Source of the DNA: Candidatus Krumholzibacteriia bacterium
GTDB taxonomy: Bacteria > Krumholzibacteriota > Krumholzibacteriia > LZORAL124-64-63
Length of the DNA: 31,945 nucleotides
NCBI GenBank assembly: GCA_036351155.1
Contig: JAZBOO010000369.1
Span: forward strand, 1 to 31,945
Direction: 5' to 3'
The notes beneath the pieces are model-generated. The model saw only the letters and a list, made by a program, of their open reading frames with translations, made no database searches and was not told the DNA's origin. A program made the translations under genes and the position numbers. Shown piece by piece: positions 15,569-25,000 of the stretch (its first letter is position 1; each line of letters begins with the position of its first letter).

Positions 15569-17055
15569 CCGGAGCGGCTTGGCACCAGCTGGAAATCGAT
15601 GAACCCGCGTTCGATGTCCACTCTCTTCAACTCCACCCGGACATGGTCGCCCACATCCAGGACGGCCTCGCCATTGGACAGCTTGCCTTCCACCGGCGGG
15701 TCGAAGACGCGCACCCAGGTGCCCTTGTCCGAGGCGCCGGTGATGATGCCCTCGAATCGCTCACCGATCCGCGACTGAATCACCATGGCGGCGGCCGATT
15801 TGGTCACCTGGCGTTCCACCTTGTTGGCATCGTCTTCCTTGCGGGTGCAGTGGCCGGCCAGGTCCTTGAGTTCCTGGGTGGAATAGGGCGGCTTGCCGCC
15901 CTGCAGGGCCGACTTCACCAGACGCAGGGTGATCAGGTCGGGGTAGCGGCGGTTGGGCGCGGTGGAGTGGGCGTAGTCGTGCACCGCGAGGCCGAAATGG
16001 CCGGGCGCTTCCACCCCGGGAGATTTTACCATGTATTCGCCGCGGCCAAGCAGCTTGACGATGGTCAGCGACAGGTCGGGAAACGAGACCGGATCAGCAG
16101 CGTGCCGCTCATCCAGGAACGCGGAAAGGGCCTTGGAGTCGGGGGCCACGGGCAGGTGGTGGTCCAGGGCGGCGGCCACATCCACGATGCGCTCCCAGCG
16201 CTTCGGCTCCCGCACCAGACGGCGTAGCGAATCGCGCTTCCGTTTCTCCAGGAACTGGGCTGTGACACCGTTGGCCGCGATCATGAAATCTTCGATGAGG
16301 TCCTTGGCGCGATTGCGCTCGTCGACCTGCAGGGCGCTGATCTTTTCGTCGGCAAAGACAGGCCGTGACTGGATGGTCTCCAGGGTCAGCGCGCCGTGGT
16401 CGAAGCGTCGGTGCCTCAGGCGCTGGGCGGCCTCGTCCTGCAGGCGCAGGTTTTCCTCCAGACCCGGCACCTCGCCGATGTGCTGGGGGCGCGGTCCGAT
16501 TCCGTCGAGCCAGGCGGCCACGGCATCGTACGCCAGCTTGGCGTGATTGCGAACCAGGGCCAGGCAGATATCTGGCGCGCTCACCTGACCGCTGGCATCC
16601 ACATCCATCAACACCACCAGGGCGGCCCGGTCCTCATCCATGTTCAGTGAGGTGAGGTCGTAGCACAGCTGCTCGGGGATCATGGGAAAGACCTGTGCCG
16701 CGGTGTAGACAGAGGTCGTGTTGTGCCGCGCATGTCCGTCCACGGCCCCGCCCTTGCGCACCACCGCATCCACATCGGCCACGGCCACGCCGATTCGGAT
16801 AACACCATCGGGCAACGCTTCGGCCACCGTGAGCTGGTCCAGGTCCTGTGAGTCGTCGTTGTCGATGGACGACCAGAGCATTTTTCGGAGGTCGCGGCGG
16901 TCGCCGGCCGGCTCCTCGGCGCGGTCGGGGGCGTCCTGGAGCTCCTTGTCCACCTGCGCGGAAAAATCACAAAGCATGCCGCGTTCTTTCATGACGCGGC
17001 GGGCGATCTGGCGAAGATGCTTGCGATGGTTGGGTTCCGTGTGGTTGGGGCTCAT
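15565..17055 (-). CDS. RNase II/RNase R family (RNB + S1) ribonuclease, lacking N-terminal cold-shock domains
   Basis: ATG 17055 with GGAG RBS. SIDNDDSQDLDQ, AVADV, LIEDFMIAAN, GHFGLA, HSTAPNRRYPDL; C-terminal S1-like domain. Confidence 0.92.
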   Translation of the reverse strand: MSPNHTEPNHRKHLRQIARRVMKERGMLCDFSAQVDKELQDAPDRAEEPAGDRRDLRKMLWSSIDNDDSQDLDQLTVAEALPDGVIRIGVAVADVDAVVRKGGAVDGHARHNTTSVYTAAQVFPMIPEQLCYDLTSLNMDEDRAALVVLMDVDASGQVSAPDICLALVRNHAKLAYDAVAAWLDGIGPRPQHIGEVPGLEENLRLQDEAAQRLRHRRFDHGALTLETIQSRPVFADEKISALQVDERNRAKDLIEDFMIAANGVTAQFLEKRKRDSLRRLVREPKRWERIVDVAAALDHHLPVAPDSKALSAFLDERHAADPVSFPDLSLTIVKLLGRGEYMVKSPGVEAPGHFGLAVHDYAHSTAPNRRYPDLITLRLVKSALQGGKPPYSTQELKDLAGHCTRKEDDANKVERQVTKSAAAMVIQSRIGERFEGIITGASDKGTWVRVFDPPVEGKLSNGEAVLDVGDHVRVELKRVDIERGFIDFQLVPSRSG

Positions 17056-17198
17056 GCGCAAAACTCCGATTCGGCTGGGGGTGATCAGGAGTGGTCAGCG
17101 CGAGTATAGCGCGGATGTCGGCGACTGTCTCGGCTGGGAACGCCGGTTTGACAGAGCACTTTCTTCCGAAAAAGCCCCCGAGAGCATAGATTTGCCCC

Positions 17199-18119
17199 AT
17201 GAACGTCCTCAACACCGTATTGCCCATTTTTCTGGTCATCGGCCTCGGTCTGGGGCTGCGGCGCGGCGGTATGCTGTCCGACACCCTGGTCGGCGCTCTG
17301 TCCAGGCTGGTGTTCTACGTGGCGGCCCCGGCCCTGCTGCTGCGGGCCACGGCCGGCGATGCTCTGAACCGCAGTTTCGATCCCACCCCCTTGATTGTCA
17401 TCGCCGTGGTTTCGCTGCTGGTGGGGGGCGGGGTGTATCTGCTCTGCTTCCGTTGCCATCCCGACCGGCGCGGTGTCATTGCGCAAGGAGCCTTCCGCTC
17501 GAATCAGGTTTTCATTGGCCTGCCCATCGTGGTTTACGCGTTTGGTCAAGAGGCGGTTCAGCTGGTGGCTGTGCAGGTCAGCGTCACGGTCATCATTTAC
17601 AATTTCCTGGGGGCGGTGCTTCTGATCCTTCCCCAGCAAGGACGATCGGCCCGATCGCCGAGGGTCTGGACCCGGACCACCGTGCGCATCTTGCGGAACC
17701 CCTTGATCCTGGCCAGCGCCTTCGGCATCGCCTATTCGCTGACCGGCCTTCCTGTCCCGCTGGTTCTGGATCGCACCCTGGAACTCCTGGGGCGGACGGC
17801 GGCACCCCTGGCGTTGCTGACGGTGGGCGCGGGCCTCGAGTTCGAGCAATTGCGCGGTGATCTGGGTACCACCCTTGCGGTCACGGCCGTGAAGACCGTC
17901 CTCTATCCCCTCCTGGTCCTCGTGGGTCTGCAGATGGCGGGTTTCAGCGGGCTGGCCCTGAAAGCCCCACTGATGTTGATGGCTGCGCCCACCGCGGTGA
18001 TCGGTTACGTCATGACGCGGGAACTGGGTGGAGATGTGAAGCTGTCCGGAGCCATCGTGGTGGGTTCCACCCTGGTCTCGATCCTGACCATCACGGCCTG
18101 GCTGGCCTGGCTTGGTTGA
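17199..18119 (+). CDS. AEC (auxin efflux carrier) family transporter
   Basis: ~10 TM; VLPIF, LVFYVAAPALL, SNQVFIGLP, NPLILA, PLALLTVG, APTA motifs. Confidence 0.92.
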   Translation: MNVLNTVLPIFLVIGLGLGLRRGGMLSDTLVGALSRLVFYVAAPALLLRATAGDALNRSFDPTPLIVIAVVSLLVGGGVYLLCFRCHPDRRGVIAQGAFRSNQVFIGLPIVVYAFGQEAVQLVAVQVSVTVIIYNFLGAVLLILPQQGRSARSPRVWTRTTVRILRNPLILASAFGIAYSLTGLPVPLVLDRTLELLGRTAAPLALLTVGAGLEFEQLRGDLGTTLAVTAVKTVLYPLLVLVGLQMAGFSGLALKAPLMLMAAPTAVIGYVMTRELGGDVKLSGAIVVGSTLVSILTITAWLAWLG

Positions 18120-18993
18120 TGTGCCGGTGAATCCAAGGCATGGTTTGATGGTCACGCTCGCCACCGTGGTGGCCATGACGGCGTTCGCCGCGAATTCCCT
18201 TCTCTGCCGTCTGGCTCTGGCCGCAGGATCCATTGATGCGGCCATGTTCACGTTGATTCGCCTGTCATCCGGCGCCGCGATACTTCTCCTGCTTTCCTGG
18301 CTTTCAGGTCGGTCTGAAGGGCGAGGCGCGGGGAACTGGCTATCGGGAATGATGCTGTTCATCTACGCGATCTGCTTTTCCCTGGCATATCTTGACCTGA
18401 GCATTGGCACCGGGGCGCTCATCTTGTTCTGCGCCGTGCAGCTCACGATGATCATCGCGGCCATCGTATCCGAAGAGCGCCCTCAGCTGCGGCAGTGGCT
18501 TGGTCTCCTGACCGCCCTGGCGGGATTTGTCTATCTGGTACTGCCCGGGCTGGAAGCTCCTTCTCCGCTGGGCTCAGTGCTGATGGCCCTGTCCGGGATC
18601 GCCTGGGGAGCTTACACCCTGAGGGGGCGTGGAAACGCCGACGCCGTGGCGGCGACCACGGATAACTTCGTGCGCGCGGTGCCTTTCATGGTGGTAGTGG
18701 GGGCGATTCTGTTTCGCGATGCCCACGCGACCCCGCGCGGAATCATCCTGGCGGTCATTTCGGGGGCGCTCACCTCGGGAATCGGCTACGTGATCTGGTA
18801 TGCTGCCCTCAGGGGGCTCACCGCGACACGAGCGGCTTCGGTGCAGCTGACCGTTCCGGTGATTGCCGCCCTCGGTGGCCTGCTCTTCATGTCGGAAGGG
18901 GTCTCTCTGCGTCTTGCCGTGGCTGCTGTCGCCATCCTGGGTGGTGTGGGAGTGGTTCTGGCGGGCAAGGAAGCTGGCGTCAAGGCCCCCTAG
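18112..18993 (+). CDS. DMT superfamily (EamA-like) transporter
   Basis: ~10 TM; AFAANSLLCRLAL, GIGYVIWY, VQLTVPVIAALGG. Start uncertain (18112 TTG, 18121/18127 GTG or 18148 ATG). Confidence 0.9.
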   Translation: MVDVPVNPRHGLMVTLATVVAMTAFAANSLLCRLALAAGSIDAAMFTLIRLSSGAAILLLLSWLSGRSEGRGAGNWLSGMMLFIYAICFSLAYLDLSIGTGALILFCAVQLTMIIAAIVSEERPQLRQWLGLLTALAGFVYLVLPGLEAPSPLGSVLMALSGIAWGAYTLRGRGNADAVAATTDNFVRAVPFMVVVGAILFRDAHATPRGIILAVISGALTSGIGYVIWYAALRGLTATRAASVQLTVPVIAALGGLLFMSEGVSLRLAVAAVAILGGVGVVLAGKEAGVKAP

Positions 18994-19074
18994 CCCGGAT
19001 TGTTCATGAGGGAGTGTGACGAGGATGAGGTTTTAACCATCCGCAGTAGATCCCTCATGAATTCTCCGGGCTAG
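18990..19074. mobile_element. MITE-like element: 77 bp with 20-bp imperfect terminal inverted repeats, flanked by CTAG on both sides
   Basis: CTAG|CCCGGATTGTTCATGAGGGA (18994-19013)...TCCCTCATGAATTCTCCGGG (19051-19070)|CTAG; 17/20 arm match; inner GGATG/CATCC stem. Confidence 0.6.
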
Positions 19075-19112
19075 TGCTCTGTCTATCCGAAATGTTCCGG
19101 ATGACAGAGCAC
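19074..19112. repeat. 39-bp palindrome (REP-like or terminator hairpin) between the DMT gene and clpB
   Basis: GTGCTCTGTC-t-ATCCG-aaatgttc-CGGAT-GACAGAGCAC: 15 paired bases with one bulge. Confidence 0.65.
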
Positions 19113-19144
19113 CGGGATGTTCAGGCCTCAGGATCGGAGTGAGT

Positions 19145-21730
19145 TCAGGCTTCCGTCTCCAGTTTTCGCGGCGAGCTGGTCAGGACCAGCTCCCCGTCGG
19201 ACACATCCAGCACCACAGTCTGCTCCGGCCTGGTTTCACCCGCGAGGATGTAGTCCGCCAGCCTGTCCTGCACCTCGCGCTGGATCACACGTTTCACGGG
19301 ACGGGCCCCGAACTGAGGATCGAACCCCTGGGTGGCCAGCAGGGCCACGGCCGCATCGGTGGCCTCCAGTTTCAGTTCCTGATCGGCCAGTGAACGGTTC
19401 ACCTTGGCCAGCTCCAGCCTGACGATCCGCTCGATGAGCTCGCGTCCCAGGGCATTGAACCGGATCACCCCGTCCAGCCGGTTCAGGAACTCGGGACGAA
19501 AGTGTCCTCCCAGAGCAGCCAGCAAGGCGTTCTCATCGACCTCGGCGTACACTTCTTCCTGACACAGGTTGCTGGTCATGATCACCATGGTGTTGCGGAA
19601 GTCGACCACGCGGCCCTTGCCGTCGGTCAACCGGCCGTCGTCCAGCAGCTGCAGCAGCACGTTCATCACCTCGGGGTGGGCCTTCTCCACCTCGTCCAGC
19701 AAGATCACGCTGTACGGGTGGCGGCGCACGGCCTCGGTGAGCTGCCCACCGGCCTCATGTCCCACGTAGCCCGGAGGCGAGCCGATCATGCGGCTGACCG
19801 CGTGACGCTCCATGTACTCGGACATGTCCAGCCTGACCAGCATCGTCTCGTCGCCGAACAGCTGCTCGGTCAGGGTCTTGGCCAGTTCCGTTTTTCCCAC
19901 CCCGGTCGGTCCGAGGAAGAGGAACGAGCCGAGCGGCCGGTTCCGATCCGTCAGTCCCGCACGGGACCGACGAATGGTGCGCGCCACTTTTTCCACGGCC
20001 TCGTCCTGCCCAACCACTCGAGCGGAGATCCGTCCTTCCAGCTCTCGCAGTTTGGCCATCTCGTCCTCGACCAACCGCTGGGCGGGAATGCCCGTCCACT
20101 TGCCCACCAGGTAGGCGATGTCGTCCTCGTCCACCTCTTCCTTCAAGAGAGGGGTTTCACCCTGGATGACGCGCAGTTCCTCGTGCGCGACCTTCAGTTG
20201 CTTTTCCAGCTGGGCCTGGCCGCTGTACTTCAGCTCACTGGCCCTGGCCAGGTCGCCTTTGCGTTCGGCGGCTTCCATTTCCAGCACCAGGTTTTCCTGC
20301 TTTTTCTGCAGGCTGCGGATGTTGTCGATGGCTTCCTTCTCCATCTCCCACCGGGCCTTCACCTGGTCCAGTTCTTCGCGCTGCTCGGCAATCTGGTGGT
20401 CGATGACCTGACGCCGGCCCACGGCCGACTTGTCGGTTTCCTCGTTCAGGGCCAGCCGTTCCATTTCCAGCTGGTTCAACGAGCGTTGCAGATCGTCCAC
20501 TTCCGATGGCACCGAATCGATCTCCATGCGCAGTCGGCTGGAGGCCTCGTCCATCAGGTCGATGGCCTTGTCCGGCAACATGCGGTCGGCGATGTAGCGC
20601 TGGCTCAGCTTCACAGCGGCCACCAGGGCGCCGTCGGTGATGCGGATGCCATGATGCACCTCGTACTTCTCCTTCAGACCACGCAGAATGGCCACGGCCT
20701 GTTCCCAGGTGGGCTCTTCCACCATCACCGGCTGGAAGCGCCGTTCCAGGGCGGGGTCCTTCTCGATGTGCTGACGGTACTCGTCGATGGTCGTGGCACC
20801 CACGCAATGCAGCTCTCCACGGGCCAGAGCCGGCTTCAGGATATTGCTGGCATCCATGGCGCCGCCGGTGGCTCCGGCACCGACCAGGGTATGCATCTCG
20901 TCGATGAACAGCAGCACCTCACCCTCTTGCTCGGTCACTTCCTTGATGACCTTCTTGAGGCGGTCCTCGAACTCACCGCGATACTTCGTGCCCGCAATGA
21001 GCGCGCCCATGTCCAGGGCCAGCACGCGCTTGTTCTTCAGCCCCTCGGGTACGTCACCTTCGATGAGGCGGCGGGCCAGGCCTTCGACCACGGCGGTTTT
21101 ACCCACGCCAGGGGAGCCGATGAGCACAGGATTGTTCTTGGTGCGTCGGCTGAGAATCTGGATGACCCGGCGAATTTCCTCGTCGCGCCCGATGATGGGA
21201 TCGATCTTGCCCGCCCGGGCGGCCGCACACAGATCGGTGGCGTACTTGTCCAGTGCCGAGTCCTGGCCGTCGCCCATGCCCTCTTCGCTGTCGCCGTCAT
21301 AGGCCTGGTTGGCCCCGCTTTGCTCCAGCGCCTTGGCAATATTCTGGGGGGTGACCCCGAAGGTTTTCAGCACGCTGCCCGCACGCCCCTGGTCGCTGGC
21401 CAAGGCCAGCAAGAGCTCGCGGGTGCCCACCATGCCGCCACTGTTCTTGGCCAGCTTGCCGGCCTCCAGGAAAACCTTTTGCAGATCGCGCCCGGGATTG
21501 GGCACATCCTGCTGGCTCACCGTGGGCAGGCTTTTCAGCTCGTTGTCCAGGGTGCGGGCAATGAGCTGAGGGTCCATTTCCAGGCCCCTGAGTGTATTGG
21601 TCGCCAGGCCGGTTTCGCTCATCAGCGCCCACAGCAGGTGCAGGGGCTCCAGTTCGGCGTGTTTCATTTCATAAGCCCTGGCCTGCGCTTTCTGCAGGGT
21701 TTCCATGGCATTGACAGTCCAGTTGTTCAT
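19145..21730 (-). CDS. clpB: ATP-dependent disaggregase ClpB
   Basis: ATG 21730 with GGAGG RBS. Clp N-domain, NBD1 ([20 protein letters not shown]), long coiled-coil M domain (ASELKY), NBD2 ([16 protein letters not shown]); no IGF/L ClpP-binding loop seen. Confidence 0.97.
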   Translation of the reverse strand: MNNWTVNAMETLQKAQARAYEMKHAELEPLHLLWALMSETGLATNTLRGLEMDPQLIARTLDNELKSLPTVSQQDVPNPGRDLQKVFLEAGKLAKNSGGMVGTRELLLALASDQGRAGSVLKTFGVTPQNIAKALEQSGANQAYDGDSEEGMGDGQDSALDKYATDLCAAARAGKIDPIIGRDEEIRRVIQILSRRTKNNPVLIGSPGVGKTAVVEGLARRLIEGDVPEGLKNKRVLALDMGALIAGTKYRGEFEDRLKKVIKEVTEQEGEVLLFIDEMHTLVGAGATGGAMDASNILKPALARGELHCVGATTIDEYRQHIEKDPALERRFQPVMVEEPTWEQAVAILRGLKEKYEVHHGIRITDGALVAAVKLSQRYIADRMLPDKAIDLMDEASSRLRMEIDSVPSEVDDLQRSLNQLEMERLALNEETDKSAVGRRQVIDHQIAEQREELDQVKARWEMEKEAIDNIRSLQKKQENLVLEMEAAERKGDLARASELKYSGQAQLEKQLKVAHEELRVIQGETPLLKEEVDEDDIAYLVGKWTGIPAQRLVEDEMAKLRELEGRISARVVGQDEAVEKVARTIRRSRAGLTDRNRPLGSFLFLGPTGVGKTELAKTLTEQLFGDETMLVRLDMSEYMERHAVSRMIGSPPGYVGHEAGGQLTEAVRRHPYSVILLDEVEKAHPEVMNVLLQLLDDGRLTDGKGRVVDFRNTMVIMTSNLCQEEVYAEVDENALLAALGGHFRPEFLNRLDGVIRFNALGRELIERIVRLELAKVNRSLADQELKLEATDAAVALLATQGFDPQFGARPVKRVIQREVQDRLADYILAGETRPEQTVVLDVSDGELVLTSSPRKLETEA

Positions 21731-21775
21731 GGGATTCCTCCATACTTTCAGAAACCTATGTTTTTCCTGATGTAT

Positions 21776-21792
21776 TGCAGATGGCGTGCCAG
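21776..21792 (-). promoter_or_regulatory. sigma54 (-24/-12) promoter of clpB
   Basis: CTGGCACGCCATCTGCA vs consensus YTGGCACGRNNNTTGCW, with correct GG-N10-GC spacing, 45 nt upstream of the ATG. Confidence 0.75.
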
Positions 21793-21820
21793 CAGGCACA
21801 TCAGGCTGTTAGGTGTTTAA

Positions 21821-21833
21821 AATCATTGGTTTA
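21821..21833 (+). promoter_or_regulatory. Candidate IHF site
   Basis: AATCATTGGTTTA vs WATCAANNNNTTR (1 mismatch), in AT-rich DNA just upstream of the sigma54 site. Confidence 0.5.
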
Positions 21834-21998
21834 TGTAAAAAGTTGAGCGAGTGGAGACAAAGTTAGAGGTGGTGTATGCGGCTTTGTCATGACAGAACGG
21901 CGCAATTGGGAGTGATGGCAGGACTATCAGCACCCTGGACTAATAACCTCACCACAGCGTAACAATTCTTCTGTTTTTATGACAATTGGCCAAGCCAC

Positions 21999-22027
21999 TT
22001 TACCCCCGGGTCCAATTCGGATAGAAT
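21999..22027 (+). promoter_or_regulatory. Possible sigma70 promoter TTTACC-N17-TAGAAT for the C25 gene
   Basis: -10 TAGAAT 22022-22027 and 4/6 -35 at 17-bp spacing. Confidence 0.45.
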
Positions 22028-22085
22028 CAGGAGACAAAAGAGCCTCTTGGGGCCTTGTTCTGTCCTGCTTTCTCCGGAGGATTTC

Positions 22086-25000
22086 ATGAGTACCCGTCGT
22101 GCTGTATACGTTTTTTTTCTGGTCGTCTGGTTCGCTGGCTTGAGCAGCTTTCAGGGAGTGGTCCTGGCCGGAGACAGCACCGAGACCCGGTGGAGCATCT
22201 CAGATGGCGAGAGCGGAAGCCGCACCCTGAACTTCCGTCTCCCCGACCTGCAGCTGCACGAGGTCCAGGCTGGTGGTCAGACCTGGCAGCTCCTGGACAT
22301 CGAGGGGACCACCGTTCATGGCGCCACCGGCGAACCCGGGGTGCCGGTGGCCAGCCGCCTGGTGGCCGTACCTGCGGGCATGACCTTGCGGGTCAGCCTG
22401 GTGTCGGCTCTCAAGTCGGACCTGCCGAACTTGAAGTTGCTGCCCCTTCAGGATCCTGACGCCGAGTCTTTCGCTTATTCCTCGGCCGCCTATTCCCGAA
22501 GTGCCTCCCTCCAGGAAGGAGAACCTCGGATCGAAGTTGGCCGGCCTGCGATCCTGGCCGGCCAGACCGTGGTGCCCGTGACCATCCATGCCGTCAGCTA
22601 CGATCCGGCGGCCCAGCAGGCCTCCCTCTGGACCGAAGTGACCCTGAAACTGGACTTCGTGCCCGACCCGGAAGCACCCCTGGCCTCGGTTTCCCATCGC
22701 TCCGTTCCACAGTCGTTTGCTCGACAGCTGTCCCGCCAGGTTCTGGGGTACCAGGCAGATGCCGGGAAGGCCGCCGACCTTACCGGTAGCGGCCTCGGCA
22801 CCTACGTCGCGGTGCATTCCGGTCACCCCAATGTGGTGGCCGGCATCGCCCCGCTGTTGCAATGGCGTCGCGAGCAGGGTTACCACGTGGTCGAGATCAA
22901 CACCAGCATCAGCGGCGGCACCAACACGGTCATCAAGACGGCTCTGCAAAACATCTACAATGATGAGAGTATTCCCCCGCTGGAATTCATCACCATCATT
23001 GGCGATGTGGGCGGAGATTTTTCGGTGCCCGCCTGGACCGAGAATCTGTCGGGATACGGCGGCGGTGGCGATCACTACTACGCCATGCTCGATGGGGACG
23101 ACATTCTGGCCGATGTGCATATTGGCCGGGTTTCGGTGCGCACGATGGACGAGCTGACCGCGGTGATCGCCAAGATCCTGGGTTATGAACAAACTCCGCC
23201 CATGGACAACACCGACTGGTTTGGCCGTGCCTGTCTGCAGGGCGACCCCAGCTCCTCGGGCATCACGACCATCTACACCAATCAGTGGGTGAAGGGACAG
23301 CTGCAGGCTCTGGGCTGGGCGCACGTGGATACCACCTGGTCAGGCAACTTCGCCACCCAGATGCTGACCAGTGTGGGACAGGGCGGCTCCGCCTACGGCT
23401 ACCGGGGCTACCTGGGCACCAGCGGCATCAACAACGGCCACGTGGAATCTCTCACCAACGGCTTGCGTCTGCCCATGGCACTGTTGCCCACCTGTGCTTC
23501 GGGCAGTTTTGTCAGCAATTCCACCGCCCGCAGCGAGGCCTGGCTACGCGCACCCAACGGAGGGGCGGTGGCCGCCGTGGGTACGGCGACCATCGGCACC
23601 CACACCCGCTACAACAACTGTTACTACCTGGGCACCTGGGACGAGCTGCTGAACGGGGGCGATCATCGCATTGGCGTGGCCCATACGGCGGGCAAGGTGG
23701 CTCTGTACAGTGGTTACTACCTGGCCGAGCCGGATCGGGCAGAGATCTGGGCCATGTGGAACAACGTCATGGGCGATGGTGCCACCGAGATGTGGACCGG
23801 CGTGCCCGAGGCGTTGACCGTGACCCATCCCACCCAGATTTCGTTCGGCGCCCAGGCGGTGACCATCGATGTGGCCCTGGCTGATCAGCCCGGGCCACTG
23901 GCGGGGACCCGCGTCAGCCTTTTCCAGGAGACCAGCGGCTTCCAGGTGTCGGCTCTGACCGATGCCAGTGGCCAGGTCACCTTGAACCTTCCCGATCTTC
24001 CCGCCGGCAGCATCACGGTGACCGTCACCGGGCATGACCTGTTGCCCTACCGCAGCGGCATGAACGTGGGCCAGGTCGATGTCTTCTGCAGCGCCAGCGG
24101 GCGCGTGCTGGACGATGGGGGAGATCTTGTTCTCAACCCGGGCGAGGTGGCCGCTCTCACTCCACTTTTGACCAATCACGGCACCAGCGATGCCTTCAAC
24201 GTCAGCACCGAGTTGACCGTGCTGAGCGGCCCTGCTTCCCTGACCGATGGCAGCTTGACCTTCGGCACCATCGGGGCGGGTACCGAGGTGGCGGCGACCA
24301 CCGAGGCCACGCTCACCATTTCCTCCAAGGCTCAGGAGGGAGATATCATCAGGTTGCTGTTGACCACGACCGATGGACTGAACACCTGGACCTCGCTGCT
24401 GGAAGAAACCGTGGCCGCTCCTGCCTTCAGCGTGTCGGACGTGGACCTGCTCGACTTCGAGGGAAGCATCGACCCGGGAGAATCGGGCCGCTTTGTCCTG
24501 ACCCTGGAGAATCTGGGCAGCCAGGATGCCAGCTCGGTCCAGGCCTACCTGACCTGTGACAATCCCTGGGTGACCATCACGCACGAACTGGGGACCTTCG
24601 GCAGTCTTCCCTCGGGCGGGTCGGCGACGAATTATCTTTCGGCCTTTGGCCTGAGCGTTTCTCCGAGCTGCTTCGGCGGCACGATGATCGTCCTGGACCT
24701 GGCAGTGGAATATGCCGGCGGGCTCACAGGAGCGGCGCATCTGGCGGTCACGATCGGAGGGGCGACCACAGACCAGCCCACCGGTCCCGATGCCTTCGGC
24801 TACTACGCCGTGGACAACACGGATCTGACGAGCGACCTGGCTCCGGTCTACGACTGGGTGGCCATCGACCCGGACCACGGCGGTCTGGGCACGGACCTGG
24901 GATTGACCGATTTCGGCTGGGAGCAGGACGACACCCAAACCATGGCGTTGCCTTTCGGCTTCAGCTTTTACGGGGTGGAGTACGACCAGGTGAGCATCTG

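Noticed and set aside
17148..17176. TTGACA upstream of the AEC gene as a -35 box
   Set aside because: No acceptable -10 at 16-18 bp; the hexamer is part of the GACAGAGCAC repeat.
19502..21820. 772-aa plus-strand ORF, and similar long ORFs at 8024-10156, 23544-25778, 28258-29892 and 1466-2797
   Set aside because: They lie antisense to well-supported genes, show no recognisable motifs, and are the expected shadow ORFs of GC-rich codon usage.
21731..22085. CIRCE or sigma32 heat-shock elements, or an sRNA, in the AT-rich clpB/C25 intergenic region
   Set aside because: No TTAGCACTC-N9-GAGTGCTAA or convincing sigma32 pair seen; the region is accounted for by the sigma54/IHF/UAS layout and the divergent promoter.
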